Of a stretch of DNA of 64,000 nt, positions 39,803 to 48,767 are shown piece after piece (position 1 is the first letter of the stretch; every line of letters starts with the position of its first letter). The notes below the pieces were generated by a model. That model made no database searches. It saw only the letters and a program-made list of their open reading frames with translations, and was not told where the DNA came from. This DNA is from Alphaproteobacteria bacterium (GTDB lineage Bacteria; Pseudomonadota; Alphaproteobacteria; UBA9219). The position numbers were made by a program, and so were the translations under genes. The DNA is taken from positions 33,180 through 97,179 of the forward strand of contig JAYRGC010000070.1 in assembly GCA_041908065.1 (NCBI GenBank). The letters are read 5' to 3'.

Positions 39803-41356
39803 TTAGTGCGAACCGTTGCCGATCCGGCCTTCCAGTCTTTCGATCGCCTCGGACTGTTCGCGCACTGTGCGGGACAGTTCGTCGTTGCGGGTCTTCAGCT
39901 CGTTGACAGCCCCCACCAGCGGCCCGATCAGGCCGATGTAGTTGACTGCCATGTAACCGTCAGCACCGCTCTTGACGAGTTCCGGATAGACCTTCTTCAA
40001 GTCCTGGGCGATGAGGCCGAGCTGCTTGTCGCTTGGCTTGTCGCCGTTCAGAACATAGGAAATCGGAACCAACTTACCCATCCGATCCAAGACGCCCTCC
40101 AGCGGCTTTACGCTGTGTTTGACGCGAAGATCCGATGTCCCGTACTGGTATAGAGTGCCCGCGTAGACACGCATGGCTACAAGCGAACCAGTTATACGCT
40201 GGCTCCCAAACACTTGCAAAGCTTCCACGCATTGGGGAGTAGTAGCTTCAGCTATCGCATCAATAATACAGGCATTACCACCAGCACCGTCCACTACAAG
40301 TGGTTTGAAATCGTCACTTCCCGGGACATTAGAGAGGACGACGTTCGCCGAGGGGTTCTTAAACCGCCCACGCAGCATATTCACCATCGTACCAGCTGGG
40401 GTAGGATTTCCCGCGGCATCATAGGTTGCACCATCGATGGCACCACCCTCTAGGCGTAGAGTATTTCCGACCATATGGAGGTTATAGGTATTGGCCGGAT
40501 CAGCAGGAACGGTGACAGCAGTAGCTGCGTCGCTTTTGAAAAACACACTGCGCTGCAATGTGAAGAAGTCAGGAGTATTAGACGTCCCCACCGTGCCAGC
40601 ATTGGTCGTGGTGGCATCGGCTACCCTAGCCAACCACGGGTTGGAGCTGATGGTCGTGATCCTGCCGACATAGGACATTGAGGCAACGCGGCCAACTGAA
40701 GCCTGACCACCAAGTCCATAATTTGCAACCGGAGCAGTCCACGCGCCGTAAGCACCGCAGGCGTTGTTAGGCGTAGCTCCACAGGTAGCGACGTTGTACA
40801 TGAAGCCGCCTTCGGCACCGATAAGGGCGGAAATGGATCCACCCTCGCTATCGGAAATCGGCTGTCCACCAGTCGTCATGACCATGTAAGAATAGCTGCC
40901 GTTCGCCTCTTTTCTGACTCCGATGGCAAATCCTTGGTCATATGCGTTGACCGTATTGGAATTTATGGTGTCCGGCAGATACGGACACAAGGCATCGATG
41001 CCAACTGGCCCGAACGTAGGGGGAATGTTGGTGTTGCCACCGCAAGGGGTGCCAGCCGCCCGTGGCGGGGGCAATTGAAGTGTTATCACTGTATTGGCAG
41101 GAACGGCAGTGCTAGCAACAAACCCCTGAGCCTGACCGTCGGTTCCCATATATATTTCCACCGCCGCCATTATCTGGCGATGCAAATCGGCCGAAGCCTG
41201 ACCTTGCAACTGCTGGCCGCCTCCGGAGACGAGTTTCCACAACCCGCCGAACAAAAGCGCGGAAATCGACAGGACGATCGCCAATTCCACCAGCGTGAAA
41301 CCGCGAGCATCTTGGCGTCCGCGGAGAATATTCGTTATAGCTTTGGAACCCATCAT
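39803..41356 (-). CDS. Pilin-like protein with C-terminal phage tail-fibre intramolecular chaperone (peptidase S74) domain
   Basis: N-terminus: leader then RG|FTLVELAIVLSISALLFGGLW, a prepilin peptidase motif. Middle: Gly/Thr/Ala/Asn-rich. C-terminus: SDLRVKHSVKPLEGVLDRMGKLVPISYVLNGDK...LGLIAQDLKKVYPELV...AVNYIGLIGPLVGAVNELK plus coiled-coil. GGGAGG RBS 7 nt before the ATG at 41356. Confidence 0.7.
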   Translation of the reverse strand: MMGSKAITNILRGRQDARGFTLVELAIVLSISALLFGGLWKLVSGGGQQLQGQASADLHRQIMAAVEIYMGTDGQAQGFVASTAVPANTVITLQLPPPRAAGTPCGGNTNIPPTFGPVGIDALCPYLPDTINSNTVNAYDQGFAIGVRKEANGSYSYMVMTTGGQPISDSEGGSISALIGAEGGFMYNVATCGATPNNACGAYGAWTAPVANYGLGGQASVGRVASMSYVGRITTISSNPWLARVADATTTNAGTVGTSNTPDFFTLQRSVFFKSDAATAVTVPADPANTYNLHMVGNTLRLEGGAIDGATYDAAGNPTPAGTMVNMLRGRFKNPSANVVLSNVPGSDDFKPLVVDGAGGNACIIDAIAEATTPQCVEALQVFGSQRITGSLVAMRVYAGTLYQYGTSDLRVKHSVKPLEGVLDRMGKLVPISYVLNGDKPSDKQLGLIAQDLKKVYPELVKSGADGYMAVNYIGLIGPLVGAVNELKTRNDELSRTVREQSEAIERLEGRIGNGSH

Positions 41357-41444
41357 GTTTAGCCTCCCTTGGTTTAAAACGACTTTTCTCCACTTTCCCG
41401 AACGCTTCAACACGTTCTCGGCGTCACGGCACCATTATAACACC

Positions 41445-42044
41445 TTATTTTAACACTACAACCGCCCCGTTCGTAATACCAGTGCCACTAGCCGTGCCAA
41501 AATTGAACGTCCTCTGGGTAGGAACCCACCCATTTCCTGATACGGCTCTCCCCACGTTAGTCCTTATTACTGTGCTTGTCGGCCCCATAGATATTATCCT
41601 GCCGTATGTGCCGGGCAGCATCGGTGGATTCATGTTGTTAAACTGCTTATCCAATTCCGCTACCGTGAGTCCCACGCCAGCTATCGGTTGATTGTTGTTG
41701 GCAACATTGAATGCCGTTATGGTTATAATTGTTCCTGCCACATTGCACTTAACTGTATTGATGGTGTTAACCAGCGAAAATGCCGTGCCATAAACCGCCC
41801 CTCCATCATTCAACATCGAATACATGGAATTGGGAAGACTCGCCGCCGCCGCCGTAACCCTATTACAAGTTCCTGCACCGGCGGGGTTACCGGTTGTGTC
41901 AGCAGCAATCACTTTGTTGTAGGCGTCAATAGAACTCGCCGTCAAATCCTGTCTCTCCGACATTTTGGCGGATTGCTGGAAATACGCATTGGTGTAAACA
42001 CCAATCGCGGCCAAAAGCAATATTACAAATGTAAATATATACAT
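41445..42044 (-). CDS. Hypothetical membrane-anchored Thr/Asn/Gly-rich protein (low-GC, co-oriented with the pilin-fibre gene)
   Basis: N-terminal TM MYIFTFVILLLAAIGVY. About 85 bp upstream of the pilin-fibre gene on the same strand. Confidence 0.5.
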   Translation of the reverse strand: MYIFTFVILLLAAIGVYTNAYFQQSAKMSERQDLTASSIDAYNKVIAADTTGNPAGAGTCNRVTAAAASLPNSMYSMLNDGGAVYGTAFSLVNTINTVKCNVAGTIITITAFNVANNNQPIAGVGLTVAELDKQFNNMNPPMLPGTYGRIISMGPTSTVIRTNVGRAVSGNGWVPTQRTFNFGTASGTGITNGAVVVLK

Positions 42045-42307
42045 GCTTTTCCGGCCTTTTTTCTTATGTTCACAGCGGGTTGGCACTTGCGCCCGCAGTT
42101 TCCACACTCGCCATATTATCAACAGATTGTTAATAAAGCGTAACTTTATATTATTTTGTCTAAAAAGTCACGCTTTTTTCGACTCCTCTGCGAAAAGGAT
42201 GGATAAGACCCACACGCCCGGCCTTTGGGCGGGTTTGCGCGGCGGCGGAATTGCCTTTATGCTGTCTTCTCGCCTCATAGAATTCATCGCCGAAAGGAGT
42301 TTGGGAA

Positions 42308-42673
42308 ATGGCCGAGGAAACCAGCGTAATAGACCGGATCAAGGCCGACATCGGCCGCAACGACGTGGTGCTTTACATGATGGGCACGCCGGTGTTCCCC
42401 AAATGCGGGTTTTCCTCCCAAGCCGCGCAAATCCTAGGGTTGATGGGGGTTGAGTTCAAGGCCGTCGACGTCACCGCCGACCCGGGCGTGCGGCAGGTCA
42501 TCAAGGATTTCAGCAACTGGCCGACGTTTCCCCAGCTGTACGTCAAGGGCGAGATGATCGGCGGCTGCGACATCATGCGCGAAATGTACCAAAGCGGCGA
42601 ATTGCAGCAGCTTTTCGACGAAAAAGGGGTCAAATACGGGGCCACGCCTCCAGCCCAAGCCGCCGGAGGATAA
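42308..42673 (+). CDS. grxD: Grx4-family monothiol glutaredoxin
   Basis: Monothiol site CGFS. Motif WPTFPQLYVKGE.IGGCDI. Confidence 0.9.
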   Translation: MAEETSVIDRIKADIGRNDVVLYMMGTPVFPKCGFSSQAAQILGLMGVEFKAVDVTADPGVRQVIKDFSNWPTFPQLYVKGEMIGGCDIMREMYQSGELQQLFDEKGVKYGATPPAQAAGG

Positions 42674-42677
42674 CCCC

Positions 42678-43697
42678 ATGAAACAATACAAAATAGCCAT
42701 CGTCGGAGCCACCGGAGCCGTCGGGCACGAGACCATGAAAACGCTGGCCGAACGCCAGTTTCCGGCCTCCGAGGTAGTGGCTTTGGCGTCGGCGCGCTCG
42801 GTGGGCGGCGAGGTCAGCTATGGCGAGGATAGGGTTCTTAAGGTGCAAGACCTCGCCAAGTACGACTTTCGCGGCACGGATATATGTTTTTCTTCCGCCG
42901 GAGCCAATGTTTCGGCGGAGTTCGCCCCCCGCGCCACCGAGGCCGGATGCGTCATCATCGATAAAACCTCGCAATTCCGCATGGACGCGGACGTGCCGTT
43001 GATCGTGCCGGAGGTCAATCCCAAGGCTTTGGCCGGATATACCAAACGCAACATCGTCGCCAATCCCAACTGCGCCACCATCCAGCTGGTCGTGGCGTTG
43101 AAGCCGCTGCACGATCTGGCGAAGATAAAGCGCGTGGTGGTTTCCACCTATCAATCCGTCTCGGGAGCAGGCAAGGAGGCGATGGACGAGCTGTTCAGCC
43201 AGACCCGCGCCGTGTTCGTCAACGACGAGCTGAAGCGCGAGCAGTTCCACAAGCAAATCGCCTTCAACCTGATCCCGCAAATCGACAAGTTCATGGACGA
43301 CGGCTCGACCAAGGAGGAATGGAAGACCGTGGTCGAAACGCAAAAGATTTTGGATCCGTCCATCCAAGTCGCCGCCACCTGCGTCCGCGTTCCGGTGTTC
43401 ATCGGCCATTCCGAGGCGGTGACGATAGAGTTCGAAGATCCGATCACCGCCAACGAAGCGCGAATGGCGTTAAAGCGCGCCAAGGGCGTCGCTTTGGTAG
43501 ACCGCCAGACCGATGATGGGTTCGTCACTCCGGTCGAATGCGTGGGCGAGGATCAGGTGTTCGTCAGCCGCGTCCGCGAGGACAAGTCGGTCAAGAACGG
43601 CATCAGCTTGTGGGTGGTGAGCGATAATCTCCGCAAGGGCGCGGCCTTGAACGGCGTGCAGATAGCCGAGTTGCTGATAAAGGAATACCTGAAATGA
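42678..43697 (+). CDS. asd: Aspartate-semialdehyde dehydrogenase
   Basis: N-terminus MKQYKIAIVGATGAVG. Conserved along its length. Confidence 0.9.
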   Translation: MKQYKIAIVGATGAVGHETMKTLAERQFPASEVVALASARSVGGEVSYGEDRVLKVQDLAKYDFRGTDICFSSAGANVSAEFAPRATEAGCVIIDKTSQFRMDADVPLIVPEVNPKALAGYTKRNIVANPNCATIQLVVALKPLHDLAKIKRVVVSTYQSVSGAGKEAMDELFSQTRAVFVNDELKREQFHKQIAFNLIPQIDKFMDDGSTKEEWKTVVETQKILDPSIQVAATCVRVPVFIGHSEAVTIEFEDPITANEARMALKRAKGVALVDRQTDDGFVTPVECVGEDQVFVSRVREDKSVKNGISLWVVSDNLRKGAALNGVQIAELLIKEYLK

Positions 43698-44428
43698 AAA
43701 TAGCCGTCGCCGGCATGGCCGGACGCATGGGATGCGCCATAGCGCGCATAGTCGCGAACGAAACCGAAGGAGCCTCGCTGGCGGGCGGGATCGTGCGGGC
43801 GGAGGAGCTGGCCAAGACCAAGGCCGCTTTCCCTTCCGTCGCGGTGTCGGACAACGCCGACGAGGTGCTGCCCTTATGCGACGCGCTGATCGATTTTTCC
43901 GCCGCGACGGCGACGCCCATGTACGCGGCGGCGGCGGTTCGCCACGGCAAGGCCTTTGTCTCCGGCGTGACAGGGCTTGACGCCGCGACGATGGAGGCGT
44001 TGCGCGAGGCCGGACGCAAAATCCCCGTTCTATATTCCGCCAACATGAGCCTGTCTTTGGCGGTGATGCGGCGGCTGGTCGAACAGGCGGCGCGGATGCT
44101 GAAGGATTGCGACTATGACGTTGCAATCCTCGACATCCATCATCGCATGAAAAAGGATTCCCCGTCCGGCACGGCGAAAACGTTGGCGGCTGCGGTCGTG
44201 GCCGGAAACAGCGGGGCCAAGCAACCCGCATTCGCCGACATCCGCGCCGGATACGTCGTGGGCGAGCACGAAGTTATGTTCGCGGGGCAGGGCGAGGTCG
44301 TTTCGCTCCGCCACAGCGTGACGGATCGCGACATATTCGCTCGCGGCGCGGTTCGCGCCGCGTTATGGCTGGGCGGCAGGCCGGCAGGGTTTTATGGAAT
44401 CGACGAAACGATGGAAATTTCTAAATAA
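43694..44428 (+). CDS. dapB: 4-hydroxy-tetrahydrodipicolinate reductase
   Basis: N-terminus MKIAVAGMAGRMG. ATGA overlap with asd. Confidence 0.85.
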   Translation: MKIAVAGMAGRMGCAIARIVANETEGASLAGGIVRAEELAKTKAAFPSVAVSDNADEVLPLCDALIDFSAATATPMYAAAAVRHGKAFVSGVTGLDAATMEALREAGRKIPVLYSANMSLSLAVMRRLVEQAARMLKDCDYDVAILDIHHRMKKDSPSGTAKTLAAAVVAGNSGAKQPAFADIRAGYVVGEHEVMFAGQGEVVSLRHSVTDRDIFARGAVRAALWLGGRPAGFYGIDETMEISK

Positions 44429-45286
44429 CTCTCCGTTTTCCACATTCGTGAAAAACCTTTCCGGATCCAGTCGTCTCGGATTTATTCGAGCGAACGGGCG
44501 CAAATTTCCCCAGCCCATCGCGGTTGAGGCCAGCGTGAAGGCATTATCCTCGGTTACGGCGTAAGTCATAGGACGGTATCCATTGCTGGGATCGCCTACC
44601 GGCTGTCCGCTGCTTTGAAACACCTTGACGATCGATGCCGGTTTGCCGATCCATTTGCCGTTGGCATCAAGGATACTGCCGTCGGGGACATTCAACTTGA
44701 ATTGGACGTAGTAGATTCCGCCGCCTTTTTTCTTGATGGGAAAGTTATTGAAAAGCAGCCAAACGAACGGATACGCCCAAGGCGGTGATCTTCTGCGCCA
44801 CAACTTGCTGTCCGTCTTGGGAATAATGCCCAGTCGCAACATGTCCATGCCTTCACCGTAAAAGGATTTGTCGGCATCCAATCCTTTGCCCAGCACCCCC
44901 GCCATTATCAATCCCGCCCAGTATCCTCCTTGGGTCAACCGCCCGTCTTCGGTGACGAACCGCCGCCGTTCAGCGGCGACATCTACAGGTTTACGGTTAA
45001 GGCCGTTGCTGAAGATGGTGGTTTTTGGATCAATGTCGGAGTTCAGAAACCGGCAGTCAGGATCAGCCTGATTGGGAAAATGGCTGAAATACGCCCCGCC
45101 GTTAGGAGCGCAGACGCCTTGTGCGGCGGTTATGAAATTCCTCAGCATTTCGTCGCGATGTGGCGCTACCGAGGCTCCGCAATCGGGACAGTACGGATAG
45201 ATTTTCCGCGCTTGGTAATCGGCTCCGGCCCTAAGGCGGAAATCTTCCACAGTCACAAGATCGTTTTCATATAATGCAAACCGCAT
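44363..45286 (-). CDS. Hypothetical protein (CxxC-containing), convergent with and overlapping the dapB 3' end
   Basis: 307-aa ORF containing YPYCPDCGASV. No family recognised. The 3' end overlaps dapB by about 65 bp. Confidence 0.4.
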   Translation of the reverse strand: MRFALYENDLVTVEDFRLRAGADYQARKIYPYCPDCGASVAPHRDEMLRNFITAAQGVCAPNGGAYFSHFPNQADPDCRFLNSDIDPKTTIFSNGLNRKPVDVAAERRRFVTEDGRLTQGGYWAGLIMAGVLGKGLDADKSFYGEGMDMLRLGIIPKTDSKLWRRRSPPWAYPFVWLLFNNFPIKKKGGGIYYVQFKLNVPDGSILDANGKWIGKPASIVKVFQSSGQPVGDPSNGYRPMTYAVTEDNAFTLASTAMGWGNLRPFARINPRRLDPERFFTNVENGELFRNFHRFVDSIKPCRPAAQP

Positions 45287-45427
45287 TGGTATCCCTTTCG
45301 AAACGTTATTTTCGGCTTATATAATCAAATCTTCATATCCGCAACGACAAAGCGGCCTTGACACGCGGCTTGGCAAGGACATGATTGCGGCTGGAACAAA
45401 ATTAACCAACCAAGGATTTTCGCAGAA

Positions 45428-46444
45428 ATGAGCAACACAGCAGCCCAAGCCGGATTCGACGTTTGCGCCGTCGGCAACGCGATCGTGGACATAATTTCCG
45501 AAAGCGACGACGCTTTTTTGCAGGCGCACGACGTGGCCAAAGGCGTGATGACGCTGATCGACGCCGCTCGCGCGGATTTCCTGTACTCCATGTGCGGTCC
45601 GGCGATGGAAATGTCGGGCGGCTCCGCCGCCAACACCACGGCGGGCATCGCCATGCTGGGCGGGAAACCGGCCTTCATCGGCAAGGTGCGCGACGATCAG
45701 TTGGGGAGCATATTTCGCCACGACATGAAGGCGACCGGCGTACATTTCCGCACTCCGCCCCTGACCGACGGCCCGCCCACGGCGCGGTGCGTTATCATGG
45801 TAACCCCCGACGCCCAGCGCAGCATGAGCACATATCTGGGCGCGTGCGTCGAGTTGTCGGCCTCGGACATAGACCCCGATACCGTGCGAGCGGCGCAGGT
45901 GACGTATCTCGAGGGATACTTGTTCGATAAGGCTCCGGCGCAGGCGGCTTTTCGCTTAGCGGCGCAAGTGGCGCACGCGGCGGATCGCAAACTCGCCCTT
46001 ACGCTGTCCGATCCGTTCTGCGTCGAACGGCACCGCGAGGCGTTTTTGGATTTGGTTCGCAACGAAGTCGACATCCTGTTCGCCAACGAGAAAGAGATAG
46101 CCTCGCTATACCGCACCGATTCCTTCGACGCGGCGGTGGCGGCGGCGCGGGAACATTGCCAGATAGTCGTGGCCACCCGCAGCGAAAAAGGAGCGGTGGT
46201 GGCCAGCGGATCCGATACCATAGCGATAAAGGCCGAGGCGGTGTCCAAAGTCCTAGATTCCACCGGAGCCGGAGACATGTTCGCCGCCGGTTTCCTTTAC
46301 GGGGTGACGCATGGACACTCTTTGGCCGAAAGCGGCAGATTGGGAGCCGTCTGCGCCGCCGAAGTCATCGGCCACTACGGCCCGCGTCCGCAGGAACCAC
46401 TGCGCGACCTCGCCGCCGCCAAAGGCATAGCCTTGCGGGACTGA
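45428..46444 (+). CDS. Adenosine kinase (PfkB family)
   Basis: Motifs CAVGNAIVDII, SGGSAANT and DTTGAGD. Matches alphaproteobacterial adenosine kinases. Confidence 0.8.
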   Translation: MSNTAAQAGFDVCAVGNAIVDIISESDDAFLQAHDVAKGVMTLIDAARADFLYSMCGPAMEMSGGSAANTTAGIAMLGGKPAFIGKVRDDQLGSIFRHDMKATGVHFRTPPLTDGPPTARCVIMVTPDAQRSMSTYLGACVELSASDIDPDTVRAAQVTYLEGYLFDKAPAQAAFRLAAQVAHAADRKLALTLSDPFCVERHREAFLDLVRNEVDILFANEKEIASLYRTDSFDAAVAAAREHCQIVVATRSEKGAVVASGSDTIAIKAEAVSKVLDSTGAGDMFAAGFLYGVTHGHSLAESGRLGAVCAAEVIGHYGPRPQEPLRDLAAAKGIALRD

Positions 46445-46471
46445 CGGGCGAGGGAAAAAATCCACACCAGT

Positions 46472-47236
46472 TCACTGCGCACCAAGCCTTGCTACGCGGC
46501 CATAAAGCGGCCATTTGATTTGCAGCAAGGAATCGGGAGAAACGTGGCGTTCAAGTTTGCTTTCTACTGCGGCCACCGAATCGCGCCCGACAGTCTTTTC
46601 GTAATCCCTGACCGATGAACGCGAACGCAAATAAACAGCGAACTGCGGCAACGTCATGTCCGCTTCCATCTTAAACTCCGGCAACGCCAATTCGTCGTTA
46701 AATGGAAAATAAAGATCGCGGTATTTGCTTCGCACAATCCTTATTTCCTTAGAGCCATACGGCTCTATCAATTCTGAAAAATCTCGGACTATATCGTTCA
46801 TTCTATCGTCGCCGGATATTTCAGGTTCGCCATAAACTAACAAGGATAAAATCGCGCCTTGTTTGGCCACGCGAATAACCTCGTTATAAAACCTCGGCAG
46901 ATTGAACCAATGCGCCGCCATTCCTACATTGATAAGATCGACGCTACGATTAGCGATGCCAGAATCTTCCGCCGTGGCGACGCGAAAAGTTATTTTCGGG
47001 TTTAATGACGCCAATCGCACCTGTTCGGAACTGGCGTCCGTGGCTGCCACGTGGGAAAAATACCGTGCAAGATCATGCGTCGCCTGCCCACTGCCACAGG
47101 CGCAATCCCATGCCGTTTGACGAGACGACGCTTGCGCGGCAAGCCACTTAAATAACCCGTCGGGATAGTGTGGCCGCGTGACATATTGTTGTGCCACTGA
47201 AGCGTACCATTGCACGGGATTGTGATTTTCTTTCAT
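46472..47236 (-). CDS. Class I SAM-dependent methyltransferase
   Basis: Motif I WDCACGSGQAT and motif post-I HVAATDAS. Low-GC. Confidence 0.7.
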   Translation of the reverse strand: MKENHNPVQWYASVAQQYVTRPHYPDGLFKWLAAQASSRQTAWDCACGSGQATHDLARYFSHVAATDASSEQVRLASLNPKITFRVATAEDSGIANRSVDLINVGMAAHWFNLPRFYNEVIRVAKQGAILSLLVYGEPEISGDDRMNDIVRDFSELIEPYGSKEIRIVRSKYRDLYFPFNDELALPEFKMEADMTLPQFAVYLRSRSSVRDYEKTVGRDSVAAVESKLERHVSPDSLLQIKWPLYGRVARLGAQ

Positions 47237-47892
47237 TTCTTTATTACCTCCTTAGCGTTGTTCCACATAAAATTAAAAAATTTATTATATGCCATAGCCA
47301 CGGATGCGGATTTAACCACGATGATAAGCGGCGGATTGTCGACATCGAAAGTTATTTCGGCTTTGTATTCTCCAAACGAATAAAACGCTACTGGCGGAAA
47401 ATTATTACGGGGAATCCATCTGTATGTAGCATAGGCTGCATTGGGGGTATTGGTATCCCCTTCTGCCGATAAGATTCGCATGTTGAAGTCTGCCCGTCTT
47501 TTTGCCAATTCGGCCATTCTTGAGCGATGAGATTCGGCATCGTTTCTATATTTCGAAAATTGCGCCGCACTAGCTCCACACACGCAAGCCTGCCCGCCAT
47601 GTTCGTTGAGGTGTGAATAAACTAAATTGTGAAATCGTGAGAACCCATCAACACCCTCGTAAATCCTCACGTCCGTCAAACACCTGCGAACACCATCGCC
47701 ATCTGTGAACTCAATCCCTGCCTCGCTGAATGCCCCAACAATTTTACTCATGGTTTCGTTTTTGGGGCGTTTATTCACCCCGTGTTCTATGTTCTGGATG
47801 GTGACGCGGCTAACACCAACGCGCTTAGCCAGTTCCTCTGCGCCCCAATCTGCCAATACTCTGGCTGCGCGTATTTGTTTTCCGCTGGGCAT
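47233..47892 (-). CDS. XRE-family HTH protein fused to a ~150-aa uncharacterised C-terminal domain
   Basis: HTH QIRAARVLADWGAEELAKRVGVSRVTIQNIEHG. ATGA overlap with the methyltransferase gene downstream. Confidence 0.6.
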   Translation of the reverse strand: MPSGKQIRAARVLADWGAEELAKRVGVSRVTIQNIEHGVNKRPKNETMSKIVGAFSEAGIEFTDGDGVRRCLTDVRIYEGVDGFSRFHNLVYSHLNEHGGQACVCGASAAQFSKYRNDAESHRSRMAELAKRRADFNMRILSAEGDTNTPNAAYATYRWIPRNNFPPVAFYSFGEYKAEITFDVDNPPLIIVVKSASVAMAYNKFFNFMWNNAKEVIKK

Positions 47893-48118
47893 AAAAATCC
47901 TTTCATTTTGTCAATCGCTGTTTGATAACACGTCAGAAATTGCTCGGTCAATTAAAAACAACTTACCCATAAATGGTAACTTTGCCTGCGGTTTTGGTTA
48001 ATATTGCAATCCACCATCTTTCTTTTTGTAAAACACTGCTTTATTTTTTATAAAAAATCTATTTGCTTTCTCCTCTTCGAAATGCAAAATAGGTTCCATC
48101 GCGGCAACATTACATTGA

Positions 48119-48325
48119 ATGGGGGAGCATATGATGGCGTACTTTTCATTTGACTATATGATAGAACGGTTTGGCGAAGTATTGGCTTGGCATTACTTGG
48201 CGGAGATTGAGCGAGCCGCGCATATCAGACCATACGGATACGGAATAGATCCGGAAGCCAGACTGCAACGCGCCTTTCGCGCCCAAGACGAAATCGCCGC
48301 GGCCAAAGCCAAGAAATCGGCGTAA
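48119..48325 (+). CDS. Small hypothetical protein
   Basis: 68-aa ORF in a low-GC patch. Weak call. Confidence 0.25.
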   Translation: MGEHMMAYFSFDYMIERFGEVLAWHYLAEIERAAHIRPYGYGIDPEARLQRAFRAQDEIAAAKAKKSA

Positions 48326-48355
48326 AACAACCCATTATCATAAGGAAACAAGAAT

Positions 48356-48697
48356 ATGACGAATATCGACTTGCGGACTTTTTCCGTGGCTTTGGGCGTG
48401 GCGGTGGTAATGGCCAAAGACGGCGGGGGAATAAACAGCGGCAAGCTGGCTATAGAGATAGCCGACATGATCGAACAAATTTGCCGTCCCGACAGCAAAA
48501 ATGATAACGCCGCGGCGGAAACACTTCCTTGGACATTCACCTGTTTCGGCAAAAAGTCCGAGATAGAGGCTTATTCCCAACGCACCGCCAAATTGGAAAC
48601 CATCGCCGAAGCCCGCTCTTTCGACGCGCTCGACGCCGAGGAGGTCGCCGCCTTTATCGTCGATTCCGTCAACAACCGCGCCGTTGGAAAAGCCTAA
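48356..48697 (+). CDS. Hypothetical protein
   Basis: 113-aa ORF with RBS-like AAGGAAAC upstream. No family recognised. Confidence 0.35.
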   Translation: MTNIDLRTFSVALGVAVVMAKDGGGINSGKLAIEIADMIEQICRPDSKNDNAAAETLPWTFTCFGKKSEIEAYSQRTAKLETIAEARSFDALDAEEVAAFIVDSVNNRAVGKA

Positions 48698-48767
48698 AGA
48701 CCTGTTCATATCCGCCTTCGGTTGCTACACTGCCCGTTCACTGCTGCACTCGACGACGGCGCAAGGC

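Noticed and set aside
42130-42300. Possible small gene or regulatory RNA between the membrane protein gene and grxD
   Set aside because: It holds only short ORFs (66 aa antisense) without features. It is probably divergent promoter space.
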